Under the pieces are notes generated by a model, which had not been told where the DNA came from, made no database searches, and saw only the letters and a program-made list of their open reading frames with translations. A program made the translations under genes and the position numbers. From a bacterium (GTDB lineage Bacteria; Patescibacteriota; Microgenomatia; Daviesbacterales; UBA10151), in the NCBI GenBank assembly GCA_030647265.1, contig JAUSJM010000029.1:1-57679 (forward strand): a DNA stretch of 57,679 bases. The letters run 5' to 3'. The stretch's first letter is position 1, and each line of letters starts with the position of its first letter. Below, in pieces: positions 35,124-44,043 of this stretch.

Positions 35124-35152
35124 TTGTCTGGCAAGAGCTAGGATGGTAAAAT
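35124..35152 (+). promoter_or_regulatory. promoter for tRNA-Val
   Basis: TTGTCT at 35124-35129, a 17-nt spacer, then TAAAAT at 35147-35152. The mature tRNA 5' end is 8 nt downstream. Confidence 0.45.
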
Positions 35153-35160
35153 GAGCTGGC

Positions 35161-35234
35161 GGGCTCATGGCTCAGTTGGTTAGAGCGTTGCATTCACATT
35201 GCAAAGGTCCCAGGTTCGAATCCTGGTGAGCCCA
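35161..35234 (+). tRNA. tRNA-Val (anticodon CAC)
   Basis: Hand-folded cloverleaf: acceptor GGGCTCA/TGAGCCC, D arm GCTC-AGTTGGTTA-GAGC, anticodon arm TTGCA-TTCACAT-TGCAA, T arm CCAGG-TTCGAAT-CCTGG, discriminator A. No encoded CCA. Confidence 0.9.
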
Positions 35235-35310
35235 CAAAAAATAGGTTTTTCAGTTTTGATATAGATAAGCCTTCTTGTATTTTTTCCATCTTCAGGTTAA
35301 CATTTTATCC

Positions 35311-35592
35311 ATGACCAATGATGGTATTATTAAGATTGGTGATGAGATGGTAAAAGTCTTAGAACCCGTCTATAAACAATTAGATAGAATAGAGGGTAAA
35401 GTGCAACGAATTGAGGACAAACAAACGGCTCTAGCAGCTGACATGAGCCAGCTTCAGGATGAAATGGGATCAATTAAAGACGACACTGCTAATATAAAGG
35501 ATAATCTTTTAAAGGGTGAGAAAAAACATGTAATAGAACACAATGAAATCCGAAAACACATAGGAATGCAGCCTTGGGCCTATTCTAAATAA
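35311..35592 (+). CDS. hypothetical coiled-coil protein
   Basis: 93 aa from the ATG at 35311 (the track ORF starts at a TTG at 35275). It is heptad-like and charged (LDRIEGKVQRIEDKQTALAADMSQLQDEMGSIKDD). No family recognised. Confidence 0.4.
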   Translation: MTNDGIIKIGDEMVKVLEPVYKQLDRIEGKVQRIEDKQTALAADMSQLQDEMGSIKDDTANIKDNLLKGEKKHVIEHNEIRKHIGMQPWAYSK

Positions 35593-35655
35593 GTCCCACA
35601 AGATTTGGCATACTTCTAGTATGAAAATTCCGGAAAAAGCTAAGCCTGATTTTTA

Positions 35656-36300
35656 ATGAACAGTGAAGTGATTTATCTAGAATATCAGAAACCTGCTTTG
35701 ACTGAAGAGGAAACTAGAACTATCTGTCAAAGATGTGGAGGGTTGTGTTGTAAAATCAGTACTTTTGGTAAAATGCTGGCAGAAAGCTATCCTTTACTAA
35801 GATCAGTAGTAAATGATTCACCAATGGTCAGAGAGTATGAGCTAGCTCCCATAGAAGAAAATTCCCATTTAAAAGTTTCAGAATTCTTAAAGCCAGGGCC
35901 TATTTCTACATTAAAACAAAAAGAAAATGGAGACTGTATCTTTTTAGGTGAAGATGGGTGTACTATACATTCTGTTTGCCCTCATGATTGTAGGTTATGG
36001 CCAGAAATTGTAATTGGGTTTGATCTTCCTGTAGCAGTAGTAAGAATACCTTTAGATGTTGAGGCTTGTTTGTTATCTCAAGTCTTAATTGGCAGTATGG
36101 TTTTATCAAAGGACGGTAACTTACAAAATAACCCTGAGGCAAAAGAAAGATACTGGGCATCAATTTTTGACATGCCCCCTCTAAGAGGCAGGTCAGATAC
36201 AGAAGCTTCTAGGCAAGCTGCTACAATTCAATTAGTTTTTCGCTACTGCAAACCTCGCTTAATTAATACTTCTCGTCACATTGCTTATATCCCCAGCTAG
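35656..36300 (+). CDS. YkgJ-family Cys-cluster (CxxCxxCC) zinc/iron-chelating domain protein
   Basis: CQRCGGLCCK near the N-terminus and CIFLGEDGCTIHSVCPHDCRLWP later. This is the UPF0153/YkgJ pattern. Confidence 0.6.
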   Translation: MNSEVIYLEYQKPALTEEETRTICQRCGGLCCKISTFGKMLAESYPLLRSVVNDSPMVREYELAPIEENSHLKVSEFLKPGPISTLKQKENGDCIFLGEDGCTIHSVCPHDCRLWPEIVIGFDLPVAVVRIPLDVEACLLSQVLIGSMVLSKDGNLQNNPEAKERYWASIFDMPPLRGRSDTEASRQAATIQLVFRYCKPRLINTSRHIAYIPS

Positions 36301-36379
36301 AATAATTATCTTTGATTTAACGGATAGTGATAGGAGTAGAGTATTTGATTTATAGTTAACAACACTTCTTAATGATTTT

Positions 36380-37861
36380 TTAGGGATTTAATAATTCTAC
36401 AATCCTGTTCCCAGCTTCGTAAGCCTTATTTATCTTTTCATCAGCTGCAACGTTACTTTGTATTGCAGTAAAAATTCTGTTTCCATAAGTTGCTTCTAAA
36501 TTTAACGCATCACTTAATGTCCTAATCCTTGCTAATAAGTCATTAGGAATAGATTCTAGAACATTTTGGTTATGCAGAACCATTGAAAGATAGTAAGCAA
36601 GATATGGGAAATTTTCGCCAAAACCAGTATAGATAGCCATTTGCCCATATTGTCCTTCTCCTCCACCCCAATTACCAGTAAAGTCATACTCTCCAGCAAA
36701 CATTTTTACAGTTTGACCTAGATAAACTGATCCAAATCCTACTTCTTCTGGTTTTCTCATAAGGGGGTTGTTACCAAATAGGCCAGCATAACTAAGCATC
36801 CCCAATGCTCTTAGTTTATCAAGTAAAGGTCTGTCTCCATTGTCCCAATGGAAATCTCTGTCATTTTTTCGATTTATTGTAATTGAAAAAAAAGTTTGAT
36901 TAAGTTCTGGAAGGAGGCGTCTTATATGATTCCAGTTAGCGATTGTAATAGGATAAACAGATGGGTTTATTCTTACCTCTATTACTCCTTTATCATTTCT
37001 TGATAATTGTACGTACGAACCTCTTTGGTATTGGGACATATTTAGGATTGCCAGCCTTTGCCAAAAAGCAGGATATTGATAAGGAGCATTTTCAGGAAAA
37101 TGAAATTCAGCTCCCACAGTAGGGAATTCGTATAAATCTGGAATTAATTCAGCGATATCTGGATGAGGTCGAGGTCTTTCTCTTTCTATTTTATGAAAAA
37201 AGTTTCGAAGCCTTAAAGTTTGGGATAGACCTAAATCTCTTGTTTCTTTTGGTACAACAGGATCTTCACTCACCGCTTCGGCCATATGAAACACGCTCCC
37301 TTCAAAAGAGCTATCTTTTTTAAGAGAACCTCCTGAAATAATATACATAGCTATAGCACTGGCAATTGCGTCACCGCTCCTCTTATCCCCAAGCCGAGTT
37401 AGGTGGGCTGCAGATTCAACAGCCCTGATAATTTTATCTGTGGTGTCAACGGGACCGAAAGCCTCTAATTTTATATGCCGGACAATACCGCCGAGAATGA
37501 AAGCAATCCGCGCAGCCTGATCTTCGTCAATATCACGGTACTTTCTTATGGCAGTTGTAACTGATGGTCGCGCAAAGGGATCTGAAAAGTGAGCACGATT
37601 GACTCTTTTATTAAAGAAGAATTCATCGCTTGAAGCCGGTCCAAAAAAAGATACACGTTGACTTTTAAACTCTTCAGTAAGTGGATATAAGGTTTCTGAA
37701 CGAAATTTCCAGTCTCCATTGTTAAGCAAGAAGTATCCGTTGCACCTCATGGCAAAAAGAAAATCTTGGTCTGGTTGTGTTAAGCCTTCCTCGCTAAAGA
37801 GAGGGGTGTTCCCAAGCCTTGCCATAACAGAGGAATATAAACCTTCTTTTGTGGTTCTCAT
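36380..37861 (-). CDS. hypothetical 493-aa cytoplasmic protein; C-terminal half possibly a GS/GCS2/amidoligase-like carboxylate-amine ligase fold
   Basis: A long uninterrupted ORF. FPTVGAEFHF and GVIEVRINPS resemble the G-x-E-x-E-F and E-x-R beta-strand motifs of glutamine-synthetase-like ligases. This is a weak, by-eye assignment. Confidence 0.55.
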   Translation of the reverse strand: MRTTKEGLYSSVMARLGNTPLFSEEGLTQPDQDFLFAMRCNGYFLLNNGDWKFRSETLYPLTEEFKSQRVSFFGPASSDEFFFNKRVNRAHFSDPFARPSVTTAIRKYRDIDEDQAARIAFILGGIVRHIKLEAFGPVDTTDKIIRAVESAAHLTRLGDKRSGDAIASAIAMYIISGGSLKKDSSFEGSVFHMAEAVSEDPVVPKETRDLGLSQTLRLRNFFHKIERERPRPHPDIAELIPDLYEFPTVGAEFHFPENAPYQYPAFWQRLAILNMSQYQRGSYVQLSRNDKGVIEVRINPSVYPITIANWNHIRRLLPELNQTFFSITINRKNDRDFHWDNGDRPLLDKLRALGMLSYAGLFGNNPLMRKPEEVGFGSVYLGQTVKMFAGEYDFTGNWGGGEGQYGQMAIYTGFGENFPYLAYYLSMVLHNQNVLESIPNDLLARIRTLSDALNLEATYGNRIFTAIQSNVAADEKINKAYEAGNRIVELLNP

Positions 37862-37875
37862 AAAATTTTTGAAAG

Positions 37876-38118
37876 CTATCGTCTTATGGGGACAGGTTCG
37901 CGTGGCACTATTTCCGGTTTTCGTCTTTCAGGAGAGGTAGGATGGGTGGGCTCAGGGACATGTGTGGGTATTTTTATTGGATAGGGAATGTAGGGATGTT
38001 CTCTTCTAATTGGTTTCTCATCTGGGATTCCTGGCCTTGCCATTTTTATAACATCACCCTGTAGATGTTCAGATGGGTCAACTTGGATTTGTTTTAGCTG
38101 AAATTCGAAATCTATCAT
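37876..38118 (-). CDS. hypothetical 80-aa Pro-rich, probably disordered protein
   Basis: The ORF ends 14 nt upstream of the 493-aa gene and is preceded by its own promoter-like element. The C-terminal 50 aa are about one third Pro (PYIPYPIKIPTHVPEPTHPTSPERRKPEIVPREPVPIRR). Confidence 0.4.
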   Translation of the reverse strand: MIDFEFQLKQIQVDPSEHLQGDVIKMARPGIPDEKPIRREHPYIPYPIKIPTHVPEPTHPTSPERRKPEIVPREPVPIRR

Positions 38119-38151
38119 ATATTAATCAGAGTCAGGTTAATTCTTATCAGA

Positions 38152-38179
38152 ATTATAGTAAAATTTTGTGAAAATACAA
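38152..38179 (-). promoter_or_regulatory. promoter for the 80-aa/493-aa gene pair
   Basis: Minus strand: TTGTAT (38179-38174), a 16-nt spacer containing TTCACAAAA, then TATAAT (38157-38152). It lies 33 nt before the ATG at 38118. Confidence 0.4.
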
Positions 38180-38201
38180 TAGGGGTTTTGTATAACTTTA
38201 G

Positions 38202-40760
38202 TTAACGGATATTAAGGAGGGAAGAATATTCTGTTCCATCATCCAAAGTAACTTTCAGAAGGTGGGTACCTACTGTTAGGGTGGGCGTGGAAGTGGAGAG
38301 GTTAAAAACATACTGGTTAGTTAGGGAATCATATCTAAAGAGATTGTCAGTGTTGGATTTACCACTGGGCAGAGCTGGGACATCATCGACAAACAGCTGA
38401 GCTGCTGCTGTAGAGACGAAGTTTCCATTATTATCTGTTAACTGAAATTTAATAGGAATACTACTGGTTTTCTTAAAGATTTTACTGTCCATTTGAGGAG
38501 ACAGTTGGAGGTCTCCAAAAAGATAGTTGATTGAGTAGAAAATTGATGTAGTTACCAGGTTACCAGCCAGATCTTTTGTGGAAACACTAAAAGTATGAGA
38601 ACCCGGAGTAGAGGTATCAAGAGGATTTCCTGAGGGAGTGGTGCTAGTGGTAAACTCTTCATCTATTCCAGACAAATTATCAGATATAGACCAATCGGCA
38701 GTTACCGGCTGGTTTAAGATATAGACTGCTCCTTCTGCTGGAGTATTAACGGAGATCTCGGGAGGAATTTTATCAATTTTAAAATGGCTGCTTTGGGTGG
38801 CTTCCTGGTTCTCTGCTTTATCATAAGCTTGATAAATAATTTGATGTTCACCTTCATCTTCAATGTTTAAGGAATCTTGATATTCATTCCAATCATTGTT
38901 ATTTAAGGTATAAAGGATGTATTCTAAGCCTACTCCTCCCAAGTTATCTTCAGCAGCTAAAGTTACTGAAACAGGAGAGCGGTACCAGTCATCCTGACCC
39001 TTTTCTCCTTCCAAAGTAATACTTGTAGTAGGGGCCATAAGATCCTGAACCTCACCCATTAAGGCAAAGTGGGAGAGGTGAGAAGTTGGGGCAGAAACAG
39101 TTTTACCTATTTTATTTAAGGTACTGTCAAGCGGTTCCCAAAAACCTGTGAAGGTATTGTAGAGATAAATTTTTAAACTGTCTTCATTAATATTAAACAG
39201 GTCCTGGAGAGAATAATGGAGGGTGATAGTAATGGGATTCGAGAAGGAAGTAATTTTTTCTCCGCTGTCTTTAAAGGCTTCCAGGAAAAAGGAAGGCATA
39301 ATACTGGAGATGATTTCAGAAGCTTTCTCAAAAGGTCCTGTTTTATAAGAAAGATTAAAGGGAGTAGTAGATGATCCAGAAGGGACAAAGATTGTGGCAG
39401 AGCCAGTAGCTAAAGTTCCTCCAGTGGTGGGAATAGTTACCACTTTAGGTTGAGAGGCAGGTAAAAATAAGTTATAGCTTGAAGAACCAGTCCTGCCTTC
39501 ACTATTCCAGAGGGTCCAGGGATCAGGGTTTGCTCCTTCCCAACCCAGGGGATCTACTAAACCAAAGGGATAATCATCAGAAAAGACACCGTTATTGTTA
39601 TTATCAGCAAAGACAGAAAAATGGATATGGGGGCCGTTGGTCTTTCCAGTCATTCCTACCTTTCCAATCTGCTGACCTAAAGATACAGGAACAGATGTTT
39701 CAGGAGTAGAAACTGCTAGATCTTCACTGCTTAAGTGTTCATACCAGGTTTGGTAACCATTTTCATGGTCAATTTTAATCATATTTCCTGCTCCACCAGA
39801 GTTTTGCCAGGGTACAAAGGTAGCTAGACCCCCAGCAGCAGCTAAAACTGGAGTGTTTAATTTAACTCCATTTTTTAGACTATAATCATAACCACTGTGG
39901 GATCTATAATACTCATTGGTGGTTTCACCAGTATATTTTAAAACAGGGGGGTCACAACAAAAATTCTGCAGGGGGTACTGGTGGTCAAACCAGGAATAAG
40001 GATTTAACCCAGTCTCTTCAAAAGTCTTCCCCATCCCTCTATAATCCCAAGGCAGATCTAGGAAAGGCTGAGGTGAATCTAATGAAGTCACCTTAATATT
40101 ATCAAATAGAATATTTATTTTCCCAAACTTACCAGTCCAGGAAGCTAGAGTCATAAACCCTGACGCAACATCATTCTGGTTATCATTAACATCAAACAAC
40201 TTACTGTTATCGACCCACACTTTAATGTTGTTTCCAATGACTTCAATTTTAAAGTGGTACCATTGATTGTGGTTTAGGGGGAACGATGTGTTGTTGCCGA
40301 GAATTATAGATGAGTTAAAACTTATATATGGCTCTTTCCAATATACTTTTTGGAGAAAGATTTGAGGTGTGCTGAGTTCTCCGATACCATGTTCACCACT
40401 GCCATGCCTTATGGTTAATTCATAGCTGCTTTTTCTCAAAGTGTCCATTCTAAACCCTATTCCGCTATCGATGCCATCCAAATTGTTTAGATCTGCTTCT
40501 AGACGAAAATTTTTCCAATTTTCTTCTCCTGCTTCTATTCTTCCTGGATGATTAATTAGCCCATACTCCTTACTCACAAGACTGTCTTGATCAATATACC
40601 AGTTAGCATATTTAATCCTCCAACTGTTCAAATTACTGGAAAAATCTTCATAAAACAGGACTGGTTGGTTTAGAGAGGTTGCTTTTGCTGACGGAATAAA
40701 AATGATGAAAATAGGAACATTAAATATAACGAGAAGTAAAATTTTTATAAAGATAGACAT
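38202..40760 (-). CDS. secreted multidomain M23 (LytM-type) metallopeptidase with an N-terminal ConA/LamG-like (DUF1080-like) domain and C-terminal Ig-like/OmpL47-type domains
   Basis: Signal peptide ..IFIPSAKA. WYHFKIEVIGNNIKVWVDNSKLFDV is lectin/DUF1080-like. The M23 motifs are HSGYDYS.., IDHENGYQTWYEHL and GMTGKTNGPHIHFSV. YTLNNNDWNEYQDSLNIEDEGEHQIIYQAYDKAENQE is an OmpL47-type Ig-like motif. Confidence 0.85.
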   Translation of the reverse strand: MSIFIKILLLVIFNVPIFIIFIPSAKATSLNQPVLFYEDFSSNLNSWRIKYANWYIDQDSLVSKEYGLINHPGRIEAGEENWKNFRLEADLNNLDGIDSGIGFRMDTLRKSSYELTIRHGSGEHGIGELSTPQIFLQKVYWKEPYISFNSSIILGNNTSFPLNHNQWYHFKIEVIGNNIKVWVDNSKLFDVNDNQNDVASGFMTLASWTGKFGKINILFDNIKVTSLDSPQPFLDLPWDYRGMGKTFEETGLNPYSWFDHQYPLQNFCCDPPVLKYTGETTNEYYRSHSGYDYSLKNGVKLNTPVLAAAGGLATFVPWQNSGGAGNMIKIDHENGYQTWYEHLSSEDLAVSTPETSVPVSLGQQIGKVGMTGKTNGPHIHFSVFADNNNNGVFSDDYPFGLVDPLGWEGANPDPWTLWNSEGRTGSSSYNLFLPASQPKVVTIPTTGGTLATGSATIFVPSGSSTTPFNLSYKTGPFEKASEIISSIMPSFFLEAFKDSGEKITSFSNPITITLHYSLQDLFNINEDSLKIYLYNTFTGFWEPLDSTLNKIGKTVSAPTSHLSHFALMGEVQDLMAPTTSITLEGEKGQDDWYRSPVSVTLAAEDNLGGVGLEYILYTLNNNDWNEYQDSLNIEDEGEHQIIYQAYDKAENQEATQSSHFKIDKIPPEISVNTPAEGAVYILNQPVTADWSISDNLSGIDEEFTTSTTPSGNPLDTSTPGSHTFSVSTKDLAGNLVTTSIFYSINYLFGDLQLSPQMDSKIFKKTSSIPIKFQLTDNNGNFVSTAAAQLFVDDVPALPSGKSNTDNLFRYDSLTNQYVFNLSTSTPTLTVGTHLLKVTLDDGTEYSSLLNIR

Positions 40761-40896
40761 AACATTATATTTAATCTTATGAGGTATCTTGTCAAGATAG
40801 AGATGGGAATAAAGGTGTTCCAGACGAGCAACTTCTCAATTTCTTTAGAGGATTATTGTTAATGACACTAAATGTCTTATTTGTTAAACTACTCCT

Positions 40897-42153
40897 GTGG
40901 ATAAGATTATTTTAAAGAATTCCGTTTGGTTACTGGGTGCTCAAGTTTTAACTAAGGTTGTCGCCTTTTTTTATACATTTTTTTTAGCGCAAAATCTCAG
41001 TGTAGGTAATAATGGAATTTATTTTGTAGCACTTTCTTATTTTTCAATACTTTCTTCATTTGCCGATTTCGGGATTTCGAGATTTCTAATCAGGGAGATT
41101 TCCCAAAAAAAAGAAACGGCAACATCATATATTCTATCAGCAACGTTGCTTAGAGTTGCCATCGCCTTCCTTATTTTTATCTGTTTGTCTATAGTTCTTT
41201 TAAGTTATGATCATAATCAAGTTAGAGTAACACTTAGCATAATAGCCGTATTTGCAATTATTCCCCAAATTATTGGAATTACGTTGGATAATGTTTTTGC
41301 TTCATTGCAGAAGTTTCATATTTCAGCGTTGGGTATCTTAATTTTAAATATCTCTAATGCGATTATCGGCGTTTTCTTTATTAAGTCCGGTTTTGGTCCT
41401 TTAGGAGTTGTGACGGCTCTTTTACTTTCTCAAATAGTTTTTGTTTTAGCGCTTTTTGTAATGTTTAGAAAAGAACATGTTGTAATTGAAAAAGTTGTTA
41501 CTAAGAAACAAATAAAGGAAATACTTAAAGGCTCTATACCTTATGGGTTGCTTAGTATATTAGGACTACTATATTTTAGGATAGATATCTTGTTGTTATC
41601 TTATATAAGAGGTCATGAGGAAACAGCTTTTTATGGACTTTCTTATAAATTTTTAGAAGCTGTAATCTTTATTCCTAGTGCGTTTGGGGCAGCACTTTTC
41701 CCTTTTTTAGCAGAATTTCAAACAAAGTTAAAGCAAGGTATAACTTCTACTTCTGATCTAAAAAAGTTTTACTATAAAAGCCTTCTCTTTATGGGGGTGT
41801 TAGGTGTTGTAACTTTGATTGGTTATATTTTTGTTTTACCAATTGTAATTAGGTTATTTTTACCTAAATATTTGGCATCCATACAAACAATAACTATTTT
41901 AGCATTCACTATCCCTTTCATGTTTATTCATAACCCTGGAGTCCAAATTATTTTATCTACGGACAAATATTTAAGGCTTGTTATATTTCTTTCGGTAATA
42001 ACTCTAGCTTTTAATTTAGTATTTAATTTTATCTTAATACCTCAATATGGGTATATTGGAGCAGCTTGGGTGACGGTTCTATCAGAGATATTTTCTTTCC
42101 TGGTTTTTTATTGGTTACTAAGAGCAAAATTTTTTAAAGAAGATGAAAAATAG
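40897..42153 (+). CDS. Wzx-like oligosaccharide flippase (MOP superfamily polysaccharide biosynthesis protein)
   Basis: GTG start, about 12-14 TM helices, and the typical N-terminus NSVWLLGAQVLTKVVAFFYTFFLAQNLS. It sits next to GT2 genes. Confidence 0.75.
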   Translation: MDKIILKNSVWLLGAQVLTKVVAFFYTFFLAQNLSVGNNGIYFVALSYFSILSSFADFGISRFLIREISQKKETATSYILSATLLRVAIAFLIFICLSIVLLSYDHNQVRVTLSIIAVFAIIPQIIGITLDNVFASLQKFHISALGILILNISNAIIGVFFIKSGFGPLGVVTALLLSQIVFVLALFVMFRKEHVVIEKVVTKKQIKEILKGSIPYGLLSILGLLYFRIDILLLSYIRGHEETAFYGLSYKFLEAVIFIPSAFGAALFPFLAEFQTKLKQGITSTSDLKKFYYKSLLFMGVLGVVTLIGYIFVLPIVIRLFLPKYLASIQTITILAFTIPFMFIHNPGVQIILSTDKYLRLVIFLSVITLAFNLVFNFILIPQYGYIGAAWVTVLSEIFSFLVFYWLLRAKFFKEDEK

Positions 42154-43081
42154 TTTAGCTATTGTTGTTGTTAACTGGAATACTGGTAATATTTTAACTC
42201 ATTGTCTTAACTCAATAAAAAAATATTCACCTTCAATACCTTATGAAGTTTATGTTGTAGATAATAACTCTTCAGATAATACCGTTGAAATCATAAAAAA
42301 GAAATTCCTTTGGGTAAAGTTAATTGTTAATAAAGATAACTTAGGTTTTGGAAAAGCGAATAATCAAGTTCTAAATAAAATAAAAGACGAATATGTTTTT
42401 ATACTAAATCCTGACATAGAGTTTACTACAAGCACGGTTTATCATTTACTAAATTTTTTAAAAGAAAATTCAGATGTAGCAGCCTGTGCTCCCATAATGC
42501 TTAATAAGGATAGGACGATTCAATCAAAAGGTTACTATCACCGCTTTCCTTCTTTAGCCCAAACATTGCTTTTTTATACTGATTTATATAAAGTAAGCAT
42601 TAAAAATAAAAATCTTGTTGAGCAATTTTGGGAAAATAAAATTGATATTAAAAATAATTTTGAAGTTGACCAAATACCTGGAGCATGTATTTTTGCCAGA
42701 GTTAATAAATTAAGAGAGGTCGGTTTTTTTGATAAGAGATACCCCCTTCTTTTTGAGGACGTAGATCTCTCCTATAAACTAAAACAAAAAGGAAGCAAAT
42801 TATTTGCTGTGCCAAGTAGTAAAGTTATTCACCTAGGTGGTGAATCTTTCAAGAAGCTGGAGGAGTCTGATGTCCAAATTATATTTTTTAGAGGACTGTT
42901 TATTTTTTTCAGAATACATAAGAATATACTTGAGCAACTCTTGGTAAAATTAATTATTTTACTGAACTTAATTTATTTGATTACATTAGTTAGTATAAAA
43001 CGGATAATCAAACCTACAGAAGATAAAAACCTGTTTATAAAAAATAAATGGAAGGTTGCTAAATGGTTGCTAGTATCATAA
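42143..43081 (+). CDS. GT2-family glycosyltransferase
   Basis: AIVVVNWNTGNILTHCLNSI..VVDNNSSDNT..GFGKANN..FEDVDLSYK give the GT-A DxD plus ED motif pattern. Confidence 0.85.
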   Translation: MKNSLAIVVVNWNTGNILTHCLNSIKKYSPSIPYEVYVVDNNSSDNTVEIIKKKFLWVKLIVNKDNLGFGKANNQVLNKIKDEYVFILNPDIEFTTSTVYHLLNFLKENSDVAACAPIMLNKDRTIQSKGYYHRFPSLAQTLLFYTDLYKVSIKNKNLVEQFWENKIDIKNNFEVDQIPGACIFARVNKLREVGFFDKRYPLLFEDVDLSYKLKQKGSKLFAVPSSKVIHLGGESFKKLEESDVQIIFFRGLFIFFRIHKNILEQLLVKLIILLNLIYLITLVSIKRIIKPTEDKNLFIKNKWKVAKWLLVS

Positions 43082-44043
43082 TTCCCAGTTGGAACGGTTT
43101 GAAACATTTGAGAAAATGTTTACCCTCAATATCATCACAGACTCTTCGAGGTGTTGAAGTAATAGTAGTCGATAATGGCTCTGAGGACAGTTCTGTATCC
43201 TACATTAAAAAGTCATTTCCAAAATTTAAAGTTATAGAACTATCTGAAAATTTGGGTTTTGCTAAAGCTGTAAATCTAGGAATTAAAGAGTCTCACGGGA
43301 AATACATAATCTTGATAAACAATGACACAAAGCTTCAAGAAAAGGCTATAGAGTATCTTGTTAAAGCAGCTAATAATCATCCAGAAATAGGATTTGTTGC
43401 CTCTAAGATGCTTAATTTCTTTAAATCTGGAGTAATAAACGCAGTTGGTGGTTATATTGACGCTGTTGGTCATGCTAATAATTTAGGAATGGGAGTTAAG
43501 GATACTAAAAGGTTTAATAAAGCAGGTTATGTTTTTATAGCAACAGGAGGAGGTGGTCTCTTTAAGAGAGAAGTGTTTGATAAAGTAGGTCTATTCGACG
43601 AAGACTATTTTGCTTACATGGAGGATGTAGATTTATGTTTTCGTGCCCAGCTTGCAGGCTTTAAGGGTTGGTATGAGCCCAAGGCGATCATTTATCATGT
43701 TCATAAGGCTACTTCATCTCGAAACCCAGCATTTCTCGAATACTTGCAGTTTAGAAATATGACAATGACTGTAATTAAAAACTTTCCGCGAAATCTACTT
43801 CTTAGAGATTGGAATTGGTTCAAAGCATTTTTGGTGAATATTAATACAGTTAGATTTCTTGCCAGTGAAGGGTATTTGTTGTCAGCATTAAAGGCTGAAT
43901 GGTATATATTAACTAACATTAGGAAGTTGCTTCAAAAAAGAAAAAAGATTCAGAATTCAAAAAAAGTACCAGATCAATATATTATCGAAAATATTTTGCC
44001 AAAGAAAATAACATTTTTTGGTTTCTTAAAGCCTGGAATCTAG
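43063..44043 (+). CDS. GT2-family glycosyltransferase
   Basis: IIIPSWNGLKHLRKCLPSI..VVDNGSEDSS..GFAKAVN..MEDVDLCFR. Confidence 0.85.
   Translation: MVASIIIPSWNGLKHLRKCLPSISSQTLRGVEVIVVDNGSEDSSVSYIKKSFPKFKVIELSENLGFAKAVNLGIKESHGKYIILINNDTKLQEKAIEYLVKAANNHPEIGFVASKMLNFFKSGVINAVGGYIDAVGHANNLGMGVKDTKRFNKAGYVFIATGGGGLFKREVFDKVGLFDEDYFAYMEDVDLCFRAQLAGFKGWYEPKAIIYHVHKATSSRNPAFLEYLQFRNMTMTVIKNFPRNLLLRDWNWFKAFLVNINTVRFLASEGYLLSALKAEWYILTNIRKLLQKRKKIQNSKKVPDQYIIENILPKKITFFGFLKPGI

Noticed and set aside
35235-40800. Genomic island integrated at tRNA-Val
   Set aside because: I found no integrase or recombinase gene and no direct repeat of the tRNA 3' end downstream. The block contains hypothetical genes but no mobility signature, so it stays an unproven possibility.
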